NCBI GenBank assembly: GCA_951406725.2
Contig: OX597814.1
Location: 130,324,001-130,388,000 of the forward strand
Origin: Octopus vulgaris
Lineage: Eukaryota
Length of the DNA: 64,000 nt
Direction of reading: 5' to 3'
How positions within the stretch are numbered: position 1 is the stretch's first letter; every line of letters begins with the position of its first letter. This document shows, piece after piece, positions 13,862-26,700 of this stretch. Position numbers and translations under genes: made by a program. The notes below the pieces were generated by a model. That model saw nothing but the letters and a program-made list of their open reading frames with translations, searched no databases and was not told the origin of the DNA.

Positions 13862-16119
13862 GTGTTAGTTAGTTAGTTAGTTAATTTGGCTCAAAAGCAA
13901 ATAACAAGGACATGTAGGGGGACATGGAGTTAAGTACAGGGTGGTGTTCATGTAAAGAGTTCAGGCCACTTGAGGTCCAGGGAGGCTTTGAACAAAGCGG
14001 TCGTCGGCATCTTCACCATCTCGTCTGGCAGCTTGTTCCACGGATCCGCAACCCGGACGGAGAAAGCTCCTCTCCTTCGATTGAGATGAAATCGTCGCAG
14101 GTAGAGCTTTTCGGAATGACCCCGCAGCCGACGCTCTGGAGCAGGAGTGAAGAACAGCTCTTTCGAGAGGTCACACTTTCCGCTTATGATGTTGTGGGCG
14201 AGAATGAGATCACCACGGCGGCGGCGTTTTTCAAGAAAATAAAGGTCGAGCGTCCTCAGCCTTTCTTCGTAGGACAAATTTTTGAGACCATGAACCATGC
14301 GGGTAGCCAGCTACTGGACTCTTTCGAGATGCTGTATGTCTTTGAGGAGATAAGGAGAAGAGGCTTGAATCCAATACTCCAATATGGGTCTCACCAGCGT
14401 GACATAGAGTGGTAGGAATATGGCTGCTGTGATCATTCCGAATGACCGTCGAATCAAGAACAGAATTCCGCGTGCTTTGTTGGCAGCATGGACGCACTGG
14501 GCCGAAGGCGAAAAGGAGGAATCCACCAAGATACCCAGGTCCTTTACCTGATCGGTCCTCTCCAGCAGCAGACGACCCGGCTCGAAATCAAGTTGAGTTG
14601 CAGGAGTAGAGCCGACAGGCAGATGACAGCACTTTGACACGTTCAGACACAGGTCCCAATCGTTAGACCACTTCCAAATTTGGTGGAGGCATCGACGAAG
14701 ATCCTCTATATTACCGCGAGGAGCGACCAGTTTGATATCGTCGGCAAATAGAAGGGTGTGTTGCGTGAGGTCGTCGGGGAAGTCATTTATGAAGACTAAG
14801 AACAACAAGGGCCCAAGCACTGAACCTTGAGGCACGCCACTGCTCGCACTGGAGACGTAAGACCGCGAACCATTAACTTGGACTTGGAAGGAGCGATCTG
14901 AGAGGAAGGCACCAACCCATCGTACAATATCCGGATGGAAACTATATGCTTGAAGCTTGACAAGTAATAGGCGGTGGTTTACCGAGTCAAAAGCTTTGGC
15001 AAAGTCCAATAAAACGATGTCAACAGCATCACTATCATCGAGGATGCGCGTCACCAATTCTTCCATTACTAGTAAGTTGGTCAAGCATGATCTCTTCGGC
15101 ACGAAGCCGTGTTGGGAATCAGAGATAGAGGCTGTGTTTAGGAGGTGGAGCATCATACTTTTCTTAAGGATGGTTTCGAACATCTTGCTGATTATTGATG
15201 TAAGGGAAACCGCTCGGTAGTTAAGCGGGTCTTCGCGGCTCCCTTTCTTGAAAATTGGGCAGATTATCGCTGTTCTCCAGTCTGCAGGTATAACACCTGT
15301 CGCCAATGACATATTGAATAGTCGTGTTAAGGGCTCGCAGATGACCGGAGCCAACGCTTTGATAACCCGTGGGTGTATGCCGTCCGGGCCGTGACCCTTG
15401 TTGACATCGAGGCCTTGAATAACACGTTTGACTTCGTCCCGCGTGATGACCAATCGAAACATTGGAGGTACCGATCTATCAAATGGAGGGGGTTCACGAC
15501 CATCATCTTGTTTGAAAATAGTTGAAAAAGCCTCGGCAAATAATTGACTTTGTTGATAAGGGTCCTCAATCGATACGCCTGTTGAGTCTACCAACGTTGC
15601 AATCTGGTTGTTCAAGCGGGAATTCCGCTAGACATGGGCAAAGAAGGTTTTTGGATTGCTACTGGCATTTGCCGCGATTTTGTATTCATAACTGAAGCGT
15701 TCTTTCTTTTCAATATTCACGGCTCGGTCTCGTTGAGTTTTGTACACCTCAAAAGCTGCAGTCGAATCCAGATTTTTGAATTCAGCCCAAGCAATATCTC
15801 TGAGTCGACGTTCTCGTTTAACCTTCTTCGTCACCCAGGGCTTGTGTTTCTTCCTCTTGGTCAGTCAAACAGATTACATATGCTTTGAGGGATGACCATA
15901 GTTCGTCAACTGAGGACAACGTCATCAGGGATCGCCAGTCCAGAAGCGCGGAAGCCTCGGTTAGAATTTCAAGATTAATTGCAGAGAAGACTCTACGTGG
16001 CAGCGAAGTAGTCGTGGGCGTAGAAAAAGTTGTGTGCATGACGAACTTCAGGACCGCATTATCACTCTTGGCAAGTGATCACAGATACGTCTGACACTGA
16101 TCTTGGATGATCTCTAGGG
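13862..16119 (-). mobile_element. 5'-truncated CR1-group LINE with (TAAC)n tail
   Basis: RT ORF remnants, 3' (taac)n tail at 13864-13883, candidate TSD GTCCATAT at 13854-13861 and 16120-16127. Confidence 0.9.
13948..16039 (-). pseudogene. LINE ORF2 reverse transcriptase (CR1 clade), two in-frame stops and one frameshift
   Basis: Motifs GPDGIH, NYRAVSLTS, QHGF, DFAKAFDSV, GVPQGSVLGPLLF, LFADD, KDLG, LSYEERL, RGH, WNKLP; stops at 14311-14313 and 15628-15630. Confidence 0.93.
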
Positions 16120-16459
16120 GTCCATATAAGGTTTCTTGGAGTGTACCCAAGCAAAGTAGTCAATTGGGTCCATAATAGTATTTTATAGGTTTCATGGGGA
16201 ATTTTTTCTTTAAATATATTTGTTGCAAAAAGCAGCTAAGTGTCTTTCGTTTTCAGTCTACGGAAGTGAATGTGCGATAAACAAAATAGGAATTTCCAAA
16301 GAAGTATCTATAAAGTATGTAATGGCTATGGGGCGAGCACTGAAATAGAAAGGTAATAATGGGGTGCACTGATGTAGACCAAACTTCAGTTAATGTTTAT
16401 TATTCTGTTTTGTATTTTTGAAAATATATTCAAATGTCCTTTCTATATATACATATATA

Positions 16460-16624
16460 GGCGTAGGAGTGGCTGTGTGGTCGGTAGCTTGCTTATCAAC
16501 CACATGGTTCCCGGTTCAGTCCCACTGCGTGGCTCCTTGAGCAAGTGGCTTCTACTATAGCCTCGGGCCGACCTAAGCCTTGTGGGTGGATTTGGTAGAC
16601 GGAAACTGAAAGAAACCTGTCGTA

Positions 16625-16694
<70 letters not shown>

Positions 16695-16941
16695 TGTGTG
16701 TGTGTGTGTGTGTGTGTCTGTATGTATGTATGTGTGTATATGTTTGTGTGTCTTTGTTTGTCCCACATCGCTTGACAACTGATGCTGGTGTGTTTACGTC
16801 CCCGTAACTTAGCAGTTCGGCAATAGAGACAGATAGAATAAGTTCTAGGCTTACAAAGAATAAGTCCTGGGGTCAATTTGTTCGATTAAAGGCAGTGCTC
16901 TAGCATGACCACAGTCAAATGACTGAAACAAGTAAAAGAGT
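16460..16941 (+). mobile_element. SINE family A
   Basis: Full-length match to 873-1277 with an expanded internal microsatellite. Confidence 0.85.
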
Positions 16942-18120
16942 AGATATATATTTTACATTGAATAATTAAAAATAACATCACCAGCCCGACTGCCACCCCC
17001 AATAAAAATATTCCATAACACGGCATTTAATTTTAATTAGAAAATAGCGAAGTAAAAAAAAATATAACTGAGATATAGATATCGTTATTTTATACTAATT
17101 AATGTCAGCTCATGTATCTTGAATTTTATGACTAAGTGAAATATCATTTATTTGCAAGTCCTGAAGCTCATGTTTAGTTGCTCCGAATTCTCACTTTAGT
17201 TTGTTTTTAAATAGCTTCAACTGTAAATTAAGATGCTAAAGTGTATAAAATACTGTAGAATAGACTATTTAAAATATCGATAGATTTTTGAGTAGCAACA
17301 ACTTGAGAATTTCATAAGGCAAATAAAAACGCATTAGAAGCGCAAGTGAAGCGAAAGGACTTCTATCGGAAAATGAAACAGTTTTATTGACTCGCCTTCT
17401 GAAGAGCTTACTTTACGGTGTTCGCACTCCAATCGTTATCTATTGATTTCTCGCTTCTTTTTCGGGTATATTGGGCCGGTACTTAATTAATACCGGTTTG
17501 TCTAGCGTTAAATAGAACGAGCGAGCAATCTGGAGAGAGAGAAAGAGAGAGAGAAGGGGGAGAGAGAGAGCGCGGAAGTAAGAAAGAGAGAAATGATGCC
17601 CTTACCACTATCTTCATTTGATAAGACCTTTTCAACCACAGCTAACTTCCCCCAGAAGTTCTGCTATCTATTCCTGACAACTTGGTGAACCGAGCTACGC
17701 AATAAAAGTATAAATAAAATGTTCTATAGATAAACAATGAATCCCAGGGGAAATTTATTTCGAAATGTAGGAAGACAAAGCTAAGCACGTCTCACTAACA
17801 AGATTTGAACTGTTCATATATGGTCTTAAGTTTCAGCATTTTAATCATTCTATCAAAACGCTTCATGTCTCCAGACTCTCATTAGCAATGGTGACGTCTA
17901 ACAATTTTCTTTTATAAGATAATCAAAGAATAAGAAGTACTGTCCACGATCATTGCAGATTCTCGTAGAACTGTGATTCGTACAGTTGAAGATCAATCTG
18001 AACACTGGTGAGCAAATATCTGAAAGAATAACGTAGCTTGAAAAGAATTTCAGGGGTTTATTGCCCTGCAAAGAAAGTGTTAGTGGTTTCATTAAAATTA
18101 ATAGTAATAGTATCATGCAA

Positions 18121-18310
18121 GGTGGTGAGCTGACAGGATCATTAGCACACCGGGCGAAATGCTTAGCGGCATTTCGACCGTCCGTACGTTCTGAGTTCAA
18201 ATACCACTGATGTCAACTTAAGAATCGATAAAATAATTACCAGCGGAGCACTGGGGTCGGTTCTATTTACTTCCCCACCTCCCCTGAAATTACTGATAAA
18301 ATTTGAAACT
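18121..18310 (+). mobile_element. SINE family B, diverged
   Basis: ggtggtgagctgacagg...gggcgaaatgcttagcggcattt...gttctgagttcaaa. Confidence 0.7.
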
Positions 18311-19178
18311 AGTATTAATCATCAAAAGACTATGTTAAAACTGTGTAAAAAATTAAGATAAAATTATTTTAAGGCATAATTAGAGAGCTACATCCCCAGT
18401 AGAGGTACAAGAAACATTTTGGACAATTCATAGTGTTGGCTGTATGGTTAAGAGATCCGTTTTGCAGCCACGTTGTTTTCTGTTGTTTTAAACTTGTGTT
18501 TTAATGGCAGCCATTTGATAATACGCTTTCGAAACTTCGGTTATTTTCCCATTTCTCTTTCATTCTCAAAATTTCTTTCTATTCCGCCTTCAATTTCTGA
18601 TTTTCTCTTTTCCAGTATCTGCTGCATACACAGACGCCCACACACGCGCACGCGCATAGTTCACAAACGTGAAATTGTGTTATAACCAAATTGATGGGGA
18701 TTTAATCAAAATTCGATGTAGTGAAAATTTTGGTATAATGAATTCACTGACACCAAATCGTCCTTTGTGCATGTGCTAGATATACAAAAATTTCATGGTT
18801 AGCAAGGAATTAGAGTTTATTTATCAATTTATCAAACATTTGCAAGAGCTACAGCACATCACATTTGGAATCAGAGACGTTTCCGCATGAGTAAGAGAGA
18901 AAATGACGTGATCGTACCTTTTATTTTCAAATTCAAAATTTCAGTTCACATAGAGATGATATGAAAAAAAAAAAAATTAATACGAAAAAGAAATATGAAT
19001 CAAAATCTAAAATAATATATACAATGTATGAAGCAGCTATTCTTAGATGCTCGGTTTGGCTTCATGTCGTTCATTTCCGACCTCTGAAAGGAAGAAAAAT
19101 TACAATTAAAATATATATATTTGTATAAGGCATGAAGTAATTATGGAGAACCATCATGAAATTATAGAATATACATAC

Positions 19179-19224
<46 letters not shown>

Positions 19225-19266
19225 TATATTCTGTAAATAATAATAATAATAATAATAATAATAATC

Positions 19267-19782
19267 TGATCTTAACTGATTGGGAGTGTTATCATGTACA
19301 TTGTTCTGTCTTGGTATAAAAGATGGGCTACAGCAAATATTCTGCTCAATACCACAGATTTGCTTGTCAGTTGTTTGACTTTAACCAGTTGAGCATGTCC
19401 CTTAGTGGCTGACGATATGTGCATCTCTGATCACGAACAGAAGTAGTGGGGGAGCATCATAGCCATGTGTTGAGAGGGATTCTTTGGGGTTTGAATAATT
19501 CACCTCTGGAGACATGGGCGGGTTTTTCAACATCCTTAAACAACCCTTATTCAGGGACCGTTTGAGCGGGATGGGCTACTCAACCTGAAGAAAATTCTAA
19601 CTGGGCCCCACCTGCAAGGTCATGTGCAGTTTATCTTGATATGAGATCACCATGCCGCGCACATATGGTTGTGATGCATGTGCCTGGTATGCCCTTATCA
19701 GACGGGTAGTCATGATGGGTATATTGGGCTTCGTATATTTTACCCCAGTGTCACTTTGATGGCATGAACTGCTCTCTCACTC

Positions 19783-19783
<1 letters not shown>
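19267..19783 (+). mobile_element. (TAA)n-embedded interspersed repeat (non-autonomous retroposon-like)
   Basis: Flanked on both sides by (AAT)n; reverse-complement copies at 49996-50383 and 57143-57373. Confidence 0.75.
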
Positions 19784-19828
<45 letters not shown>

Positions 19829-19861
19829 GTAAGCTAAAATATATGATATATATTCTAATAT

Positions 19862-20245
19862 ATGAAATCATTGAAGAAGCAGTTGAATGGTTGTTACACA
19901 AGGATGCTTAGAATGGCACTCAGTGTCTCCTGGAAGAGTCATACAACAAACGCCGACTTATATAAGGGACTACCAAATGTAACATTGAAGATAGGGAATA
20001 GAAGGATGAAGCTAGCTGAACACTGCATCAGACACACCGATGAAATTGCTAACAAGCTGGTGCTCTGCCAATCAACGGAAGGAAGAACCAAGAGAGGAAG
20101 GAGAAAGGCGACCTATATCGACAACTTGCTGGAGAATACTGGTATGGAAGGGGTACAGGAGCTGAGGAACATTATGCAAGATCGAGATGAATGGGGAAAA
20201 CGTAAAATGTGCGTGGAAACGGTTTTGGAGCGTCCTGTGAGATGA
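19862..20245 (+). pseudogene. RTE-clade LINE ORF2 C-terminal fragment
   Basis: LNGCYTRMLRMAL.VSWK.H.TN.DLY, RRMKLA.HC.R, GR.KRGR...TYID: typical post-RT RTE C-terminus; followed by (TA)n. Confidence 0.8.
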
Positions 20246-20246
20246 C

Positions 20247-20305
<59 letters not shown>

Positions 20306-20510
20306 AGATAATGGTGTCACTGAGACCCAGAGGTGTCAGGTAATGCTGAATAAGTGCTATAGACAGACCATAGTTAAGTTCCAGATTCAGAAATTTTGCG
20401 AATAAGGGGTTCAAAGTTGGTTCTGTGTCAGCGTGTGTATATAAGAATTTTTTGTGTAATAAGATAAAAAACCAAGGCTGTGTAGATATTAGAGCATTTA
20501 TAGATAGAAG

Positions 20511-20562
20511 ATCTTACGGCTGTTTCTAGGATATTTAATAATTATAACCCTTCATCGGAGAC
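20511..20562 (-). ncRNA. Hammerhead motif, U4C core variant (left arm)
   Basis: Reverse-complement partner of 20616-20667. Confidence 0.6.
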
Positions 20563-20615
20563 GGTGTGAGAGGATAATTAAGTCATTAACTATAACTTAA
20601 CCATCCTCTCACACC

Positions 20616-20667
20616 GTCTCCGATGAAGGGATATAATTATTAAATATCCTAGAAACAGCCGTAAGAC
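20616..20667 (+). ncRNA. Hammerhead motif, U4C core variant
   Basis: GTCT-CCGATGA-aGGGATAT aattattaa ATATCCTa-GAAA-CAGCCG-TA-AGAC. Confidence 0.65.
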
Positions 20668-20732
20668 CTTCTATCTGTAAATGCTCTAATATCTACACAG
20701 CCTTGGTTTTTTTATCTTATTACGCAAAAATT

Positions 20733-20792
<60 letters not shown>

Positions 20793-20873
20793 TGTATGTA
20801 TATATATATGTATGTATATGTATATATATATACATATACATATATATATATATACATATACATATATATATAC

Positions 20874-20939
<66 letters not shown>

Positions 20940-22160
20940 GAAATATGTTACAAAAAGCAAATATAAAATACATGTGGAAATGTAAGGGGAAAATAAGAAA
21001 AATCAACGAAAATGCACATTGTAAATAAAAAAAGAAAGAAAGGGCTTTTTGTGAAAGGTAACGACAGATATATACATTTAGATGGATATACATAGAATAT
21101 TCTGTAAATAATAATCTATTATAATTATGAGCTTCTTTCTAAGTTTGTCCAAATCCACGCAATAAGGAAGTAGCAGTGTAAGTAAGAGTAAAAAAAAGAG
21201 AAGAGACAAAAAATTGTAATAACAATGAGAGAGGGAATGTTTTCGAGCAGCGCCTCTCGTTCTCGCTCTCATCAAAAACCTTTTCACTTTATTAATGAAC
21301 GCAGTTTTTTTCTGATAAACATTAATAACAATAAGTAAATAAGATTTTTGCACCTTAAAAGTTGTTTTTTTCTGTATCTCTAAGGATGTTTGACTGTTCT
21401 GGAAGATTTTTCTGCTTAAAAAGTTGCAAAGTTAATAGAATATAAAATAAGTAAATAAATAGTAATTTGTAAGTCATGAAATTAAAATATTGTCTATTGA
21501 AAGAAATCTTGATGACATTGTCTTTTTAAAGAAAGTTAAATATAAAAGGAAGGTAATTATAAATATTTACAAATACTTGCCGATGCAGTGATGTTTGTAA
21601 ATATTTATGAACGAAGAATTCTGCCAAGGCCGTGAAGTTTGTTTTCAAGATCTTTTTCCGTTTCAGGAGGTAAATAGAGTGAAAGAGAGAGATAGAGAGA
21701 GACGAATAGAGACAAAGAAAGACAGACAGAGATTAGAGAACGTGTAGATACCACTGGAAAAATGTCTCTGTGTGTATACCGTTAATGTAATCCTGAGTAA
21801 TTTTGGACTTTGTATGGTTACGAATAGAAATATAGTTACGAATAGAAACAACCTAACGTGCACATACACAAATATATTCACTTGTTTTGAAGTTTATGTT
21901 CCGTTGTATTAAATATACTCACCCACCTATGGAGAATGAATCAGACGGAAGGTGACGGTTAGCCAGAGAGAGACAAAGGCGAAGAACAGCCAATCTCACT
22001 CTGGAAGAACTGGTCGCAAGAAGATTAAACAATACATAAAAGGTTATTAAATCAATCACAAGAAGTGAGACAAGAGAGACGAGCGCAAGACGTAAGAAGA
22101 CAGACTCGAAGACGTCAAAATGAAAAGGAGCGCCTTATTACACAAAGGAGAGATATGCAA

Positions 22161-22193
<33 letters not shown>

Positions 22194-22502
22194 GAGAGAG
22201 AGAGGGGATGGGTGCAGCACAAAAGCGCCAAGATGAAACAGAAGGGTAAGCAGCAGTGACGAGAGAATATCTAAGAAGAAGAACATCGAAAAGGCGACAA
22301 AATGAAACGGAAGAGGAATCGAAAGAGAGAGAATATCGAGAAGACTGGAAGAATTAATTAATACAGAAGCGGACCATCCAAAACAAAGCGAACTCATTGC
22401 TGGTAGGGTTTTCACTAGAAACGTGCTGTTGAAGCAATTATTGAGATAAAGGTTGTAATGTTTTTATTTTCTGTATTAATTTCTGACGGCACGAGTACAC
22501 TA

Positions 22503-22566
<64 letters not shown>

Positions 22567-22593
22567 GCTTAAATATATTATATATATTAGATC

Positions 22594-22785
22594 GTTAGCT
22601 CCTACACGCATTTTTTGTCTCCTTGTTTCTCTCCTTGTTTTTTTCTGTGTATCTTTCTGTCGAAGAGCGTAGGCTCGAAACGTAAAAGACTTGTTCTATT
22701 TCTATTCCTGGGTGCTATACTAATACATTTGTTTGTTTGTACTCCACCTGCCTTCGTCTTTTGTTTATTTTCGTAAACCTTCCCG

Positions 22786-22790
<5 letters not shown>
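22594..22790 (+). mobile_element. Short non-autonomous Penelope-like repeat with minimal hammerhead, ending in (TA)n
   Basis: Near-identical reverse copy at 62656-62851; related copies at 29075-29270 and 49027-49165. Confidence 0.75.
22652..22689 (+). ncRNA. Minimal hammerhead-like motif, A6U core variant
   Basis: TCTTT-CTGTCGA-a-GAGC gtag GCTC-GAAA-CG-TA-AAAGA; stem III reduced to palindromic ACGT. Confidence 0.55.
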
Positions 22791-22840
<50 letters not shown>

Positions 22841-22940
22841 TAAAATTAATTAAGGGTAGAAATTGATATTTATCAATTAAGACCAATGGTCTAGCATATT
22901 AAAAAAGAATCCGAAGATTAAAATATTTATATATACCAAT

Positions 22941-23134
22941 TAAGGACTGAACACGAAAAGTGGACAGTCAACATGCTAGATATAAACGTCAAATCGTCAT
23001 TCACCACAAAAGATTATGTTCTCAGATCAAACTCAACACTGAGTTTGATCTGAGAACATAATCTTTTGTGGTGAATGACGATTTGACGTCTATATCTAGC
23101 ATGTTGACTGTCCACTTTTCGTGTTCAGTCCTTA
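22941..23134. repeat. Near-perfect 95-bp-arm hairpin (loop ACAC) between (TA)n tracts
   Basis: taaggactgaacacg...aaactca-acac-tgagttt...cgtgttcagtcctta, one mismatch seen. Confidence 0.92.
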
Positions 23135-23160
23135 TATATATATATATAAATATATATATT

Positions 23161-23245
<85 letters not shown>

Positions 23246-23669
23246 TGCAATATATAATAATCCTATTAGATAATATATTCTTCTAATATATAGTACATAT
23301 TCTGTAAATAGTAATAATAATAATAATAAGCCTAAAGCTTAGAAGCAATCACCGTGCATTAGCTAAAGAAAATAGTCTAATATTGGGGCATATAAGCCCT
23401 CGATGAAAAAAAGTGGCTATTAGTACGCATTGGAATCGAACACACTGATACCCACTAATACTCCCTTATTTATGGGAGCAACTGCCTTCGAATACTTATA
23501 TTATCGTTTAATGCTCGAAATAAGGAGTAGGTAGACAGCCGACAACTGACGGAGGGTCGTTCTTTCTGTTACTCGGCAAGTTTTCCATTTTTTCTCTCGT
23601 TGTTTACATAATTAACTCGTTTGTTTTCGTATTTCATGTTGTTTACACAGTTGGTGATGTCCTGTACCC

Positions 23670-23719
<50 letters not shown>

Positions 23720-23740
23720 ATTATTATTATTATTATTATT

Positions 23741-26700
23741 ACTTTTTTTTTCTTCTTTCAAATTTGCTTCCATTTCTTGCCGAGTGTCTTCCCGACTCCT
23801 AGGGCAAAGAAACTCATAGTATACATTGGTAGGCCATTAAACCAAACTCAGTAGTTCGTTCATTTAAAAATTTTTTTTTTTAAGTTAAATTAAAATACAT
23901 GAGCAGCAACAGTTCTCACATCGACAATGCTCTTCTCAATACGTGTGATGTACCAGTTAAGACAATCTTTTGCACTTTTTGCAGGGATGGTAAGACAGGG
24001 ATCATTCTCATATAATTTTCGGTTCCCTTCTTGATCATTCCTAGTGCTCCTACGATCACTGGTATTGTAACCGCCTTGAGATGCCACATTTTCTCAATTT
24101 CAATGAGTAGGTCTTTATATTTTCTGAGCTTGTCAAACTCTTTCGCTGAGATTTTATGATCACAGGGGATGCTCATGTCGATCAATAAGCAAACTTTATT
24201 GTTTTGGACTTTCACAACAATATCTGGTTTATTGGCCTTGATGGTTCGGTCTGTATGTACTGGAAAGTCCCACAGAATGGTTACATTTTCTCCTTCAGTT
24301 ACAGCCTCAGGGTGGTGATTATACCACTTGTCGGCAGTTTTGATATTGTAATGCCGACTAATTAGCCAGTGGAGATATTGGCCAACTCTGTCATGTCTTA
24401 ATTTATACTCCACTGGTGCTAAGACTTTACATCCAGAAATTAGATGGTCCACTGTTTCAATCATGTCGTTGCAGAATCGGCATTTTGGGTCTGCTCCATT
24501 TTTCATCACATTGGCCTGGTAGTTCCGGGTTAATAGGCTTTGATCTTGAGCAGCCAGGATGAAACCTTCGCTCTCTGCTTTTAGCCCTGAGCTCCGTAGC
24601 CACTGATGGGTTTGCTTCTGGTCAACATCAGCTTGTTTGCTGCGGGTCACATATTTGCCGTGCAGAGGTTTTTCCTCCCACCTATCAGCCAATTGCTCGT
24701 GCGCGTTTTTCATTGCCATCATTTTCACCTTCTTTGCAACAATAGTTGCCGTACTTCCCTCGGGTTGTTCAGTTTGGGTATCCTGCACGAGATCAGTAGC
24801 AAATTTTTTGCTTTTCTTTATTATAGAATGAAGCTTCTTTCGTCTCTCGTGATTTTCCACGAGCTTTAGCATCCAGTCATTCGATATTTCGAGATATTTG
24901 GCCAGTCCAATTGTGGTTGTTTTGTAAGCTAGTTCAAATTGGATCAGGCCTCGACCTCCTTGGGATCTGGGAAGGTAAAGGCGATCTACGTCTGCCTTTG
25001 GGTGGTGCATCCTATTACAACTCAGCAGCTTGCGTATTTTCCTATCTATATTCTTTACTTGACTCATATTCCAGTTCAACACATTGTAGCTATAAGTAAC
25101 AACTGGAACTGCTAAGGAATTTATAGCTAACACCTTGTTACGTGCATTTAGTTCAGATTTCAGGACTGCACGAACTCTCCTATAACATTCCTTCCTGATT
25201 TTCTCTTTCATGCTTGCATGCTGAATACCAGAGCCTTCATTTATCCCTAAATATTTGTATGTTTGTTCTTGTTCAAGCTCTCTTATGACTGTGTCAACAT
25301 CTAACACGATTGAATTTGTGGTCTTCACTTTCCCTTTCTGGAAAGTGGCCTTGGCACACTTCTCAAGTCCAAACTCCATCCCGATGTCATCGCTGAATGC
25401 TTTCACGGTGCGCAATAGGCCTTCAAGTTCATTATTGTCTTTACCATAAAGTTTTAAGTCATCCATATAAAATAGATGGCTTATTTTTTTATTGGCAATT
25501 TTATACCCATACCCTGTTCTGTTTAATTCACTTGTAAGGGGTATTAGGGCTATGCAGAATATTAAAGGTGAAAGTGAGTCACCTTGAAAAATTCCTCAGT
25601 TGATGTTTATATTTTCTGAGGCAAGTACTCCATTAGAGTGGTATAATTGGAGATTCGTATTCCACAACGACATATTGTGCTTCAGGAAGTTTGAAATCAC
25701 AGGGGAAATTTTGAAGATGTCCAGCGATCTCAAGATCCATGGATGCGGTATACTGTCGAAGGCCTTTTTATAGTCAATCCATGCGGTGCTGAGATTTCTG
25801 CGCTTGTTGTGACAGTTCTCAAGGATCATACGATTGATTAGCAGTTGATCTTTGCATCCGTAAGAGCCTCGGCGGCACCCTTTTTGTTCAATGGGGAAAA
25901 TATCGTTCTTCTCCATGAATGCATGTTTTCTCCGCCAGGATAGATGTTAGGATTTTATACGTGGTGGATAGACAGGTTATAGGCCGATAGTTTTTTGGAA
26001 GGTTGGTTTCGTTATTCTTTGGGAGTAGGTAAGTAATGCCACTTGCTAACCATTCAGGTGTTTTCTTTGGGTCTCTCATAATTCCATTGAGCAGCTGAAC
26101 TAGCTTACCGTGTGCGCATGGGAGCGATGCGAGCCAGAAATTCGGCACCTTATCTTTACCGGGGGATTTCCAATTATGGGCCTTCGTGAGTGCCTTTCTT
26201 AGGTCTGCTATTGTGATGTCTTCCCATGCTTGTTGTTGTAAATTTTGGTAGGATCCTTCAGTTTGTATAATCCAGTCTGCATTTATGTTGTACATCTTCT
26301 TGTCACTCCAAATCCTTTTCCAAAAGTTTTGAACTTCTTCCATGGGAGGGGGGTCTTTAACGGTTACTTTCTCCTTCCCTATTTCTCTGGAGAATTTTTT
26401 GGCATTGGATGTGAACAGCTTATTTTGCTTATAAAACTTGTTTCTCTTCTCAAATCTTCGTATTCTTTGGGCTTTTGCTTGGACTTTTTGTTTCAGCGTT
26501 TCTTTTATTGATATCAGTTCTCTTGGTGAGGATCCAAATTTTCTCTTCATCTTTCTTCCTGTTCTGGATCTTACATCATTTCCACATATTAGTTCATTTA
26601 ATATTGATATTTCCCCTCTCATAAATTCAATCTCTTTTTCAATTTTACTTCTCCAGGTTTGATTTCTTCCCAGGTTTTGGTTTTCTTTGTTTTTTCGGGG

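Larger units (their letters stand above)
20440..20740. repeat. ~135-bp-arm inverted repeat of a Penelope-like terminal repeat, each arm holding a hammerhead
   Basis: Arms 20440-20575 and 20603-20740; same sequence at 52735-52875. Confidence 0.9.
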
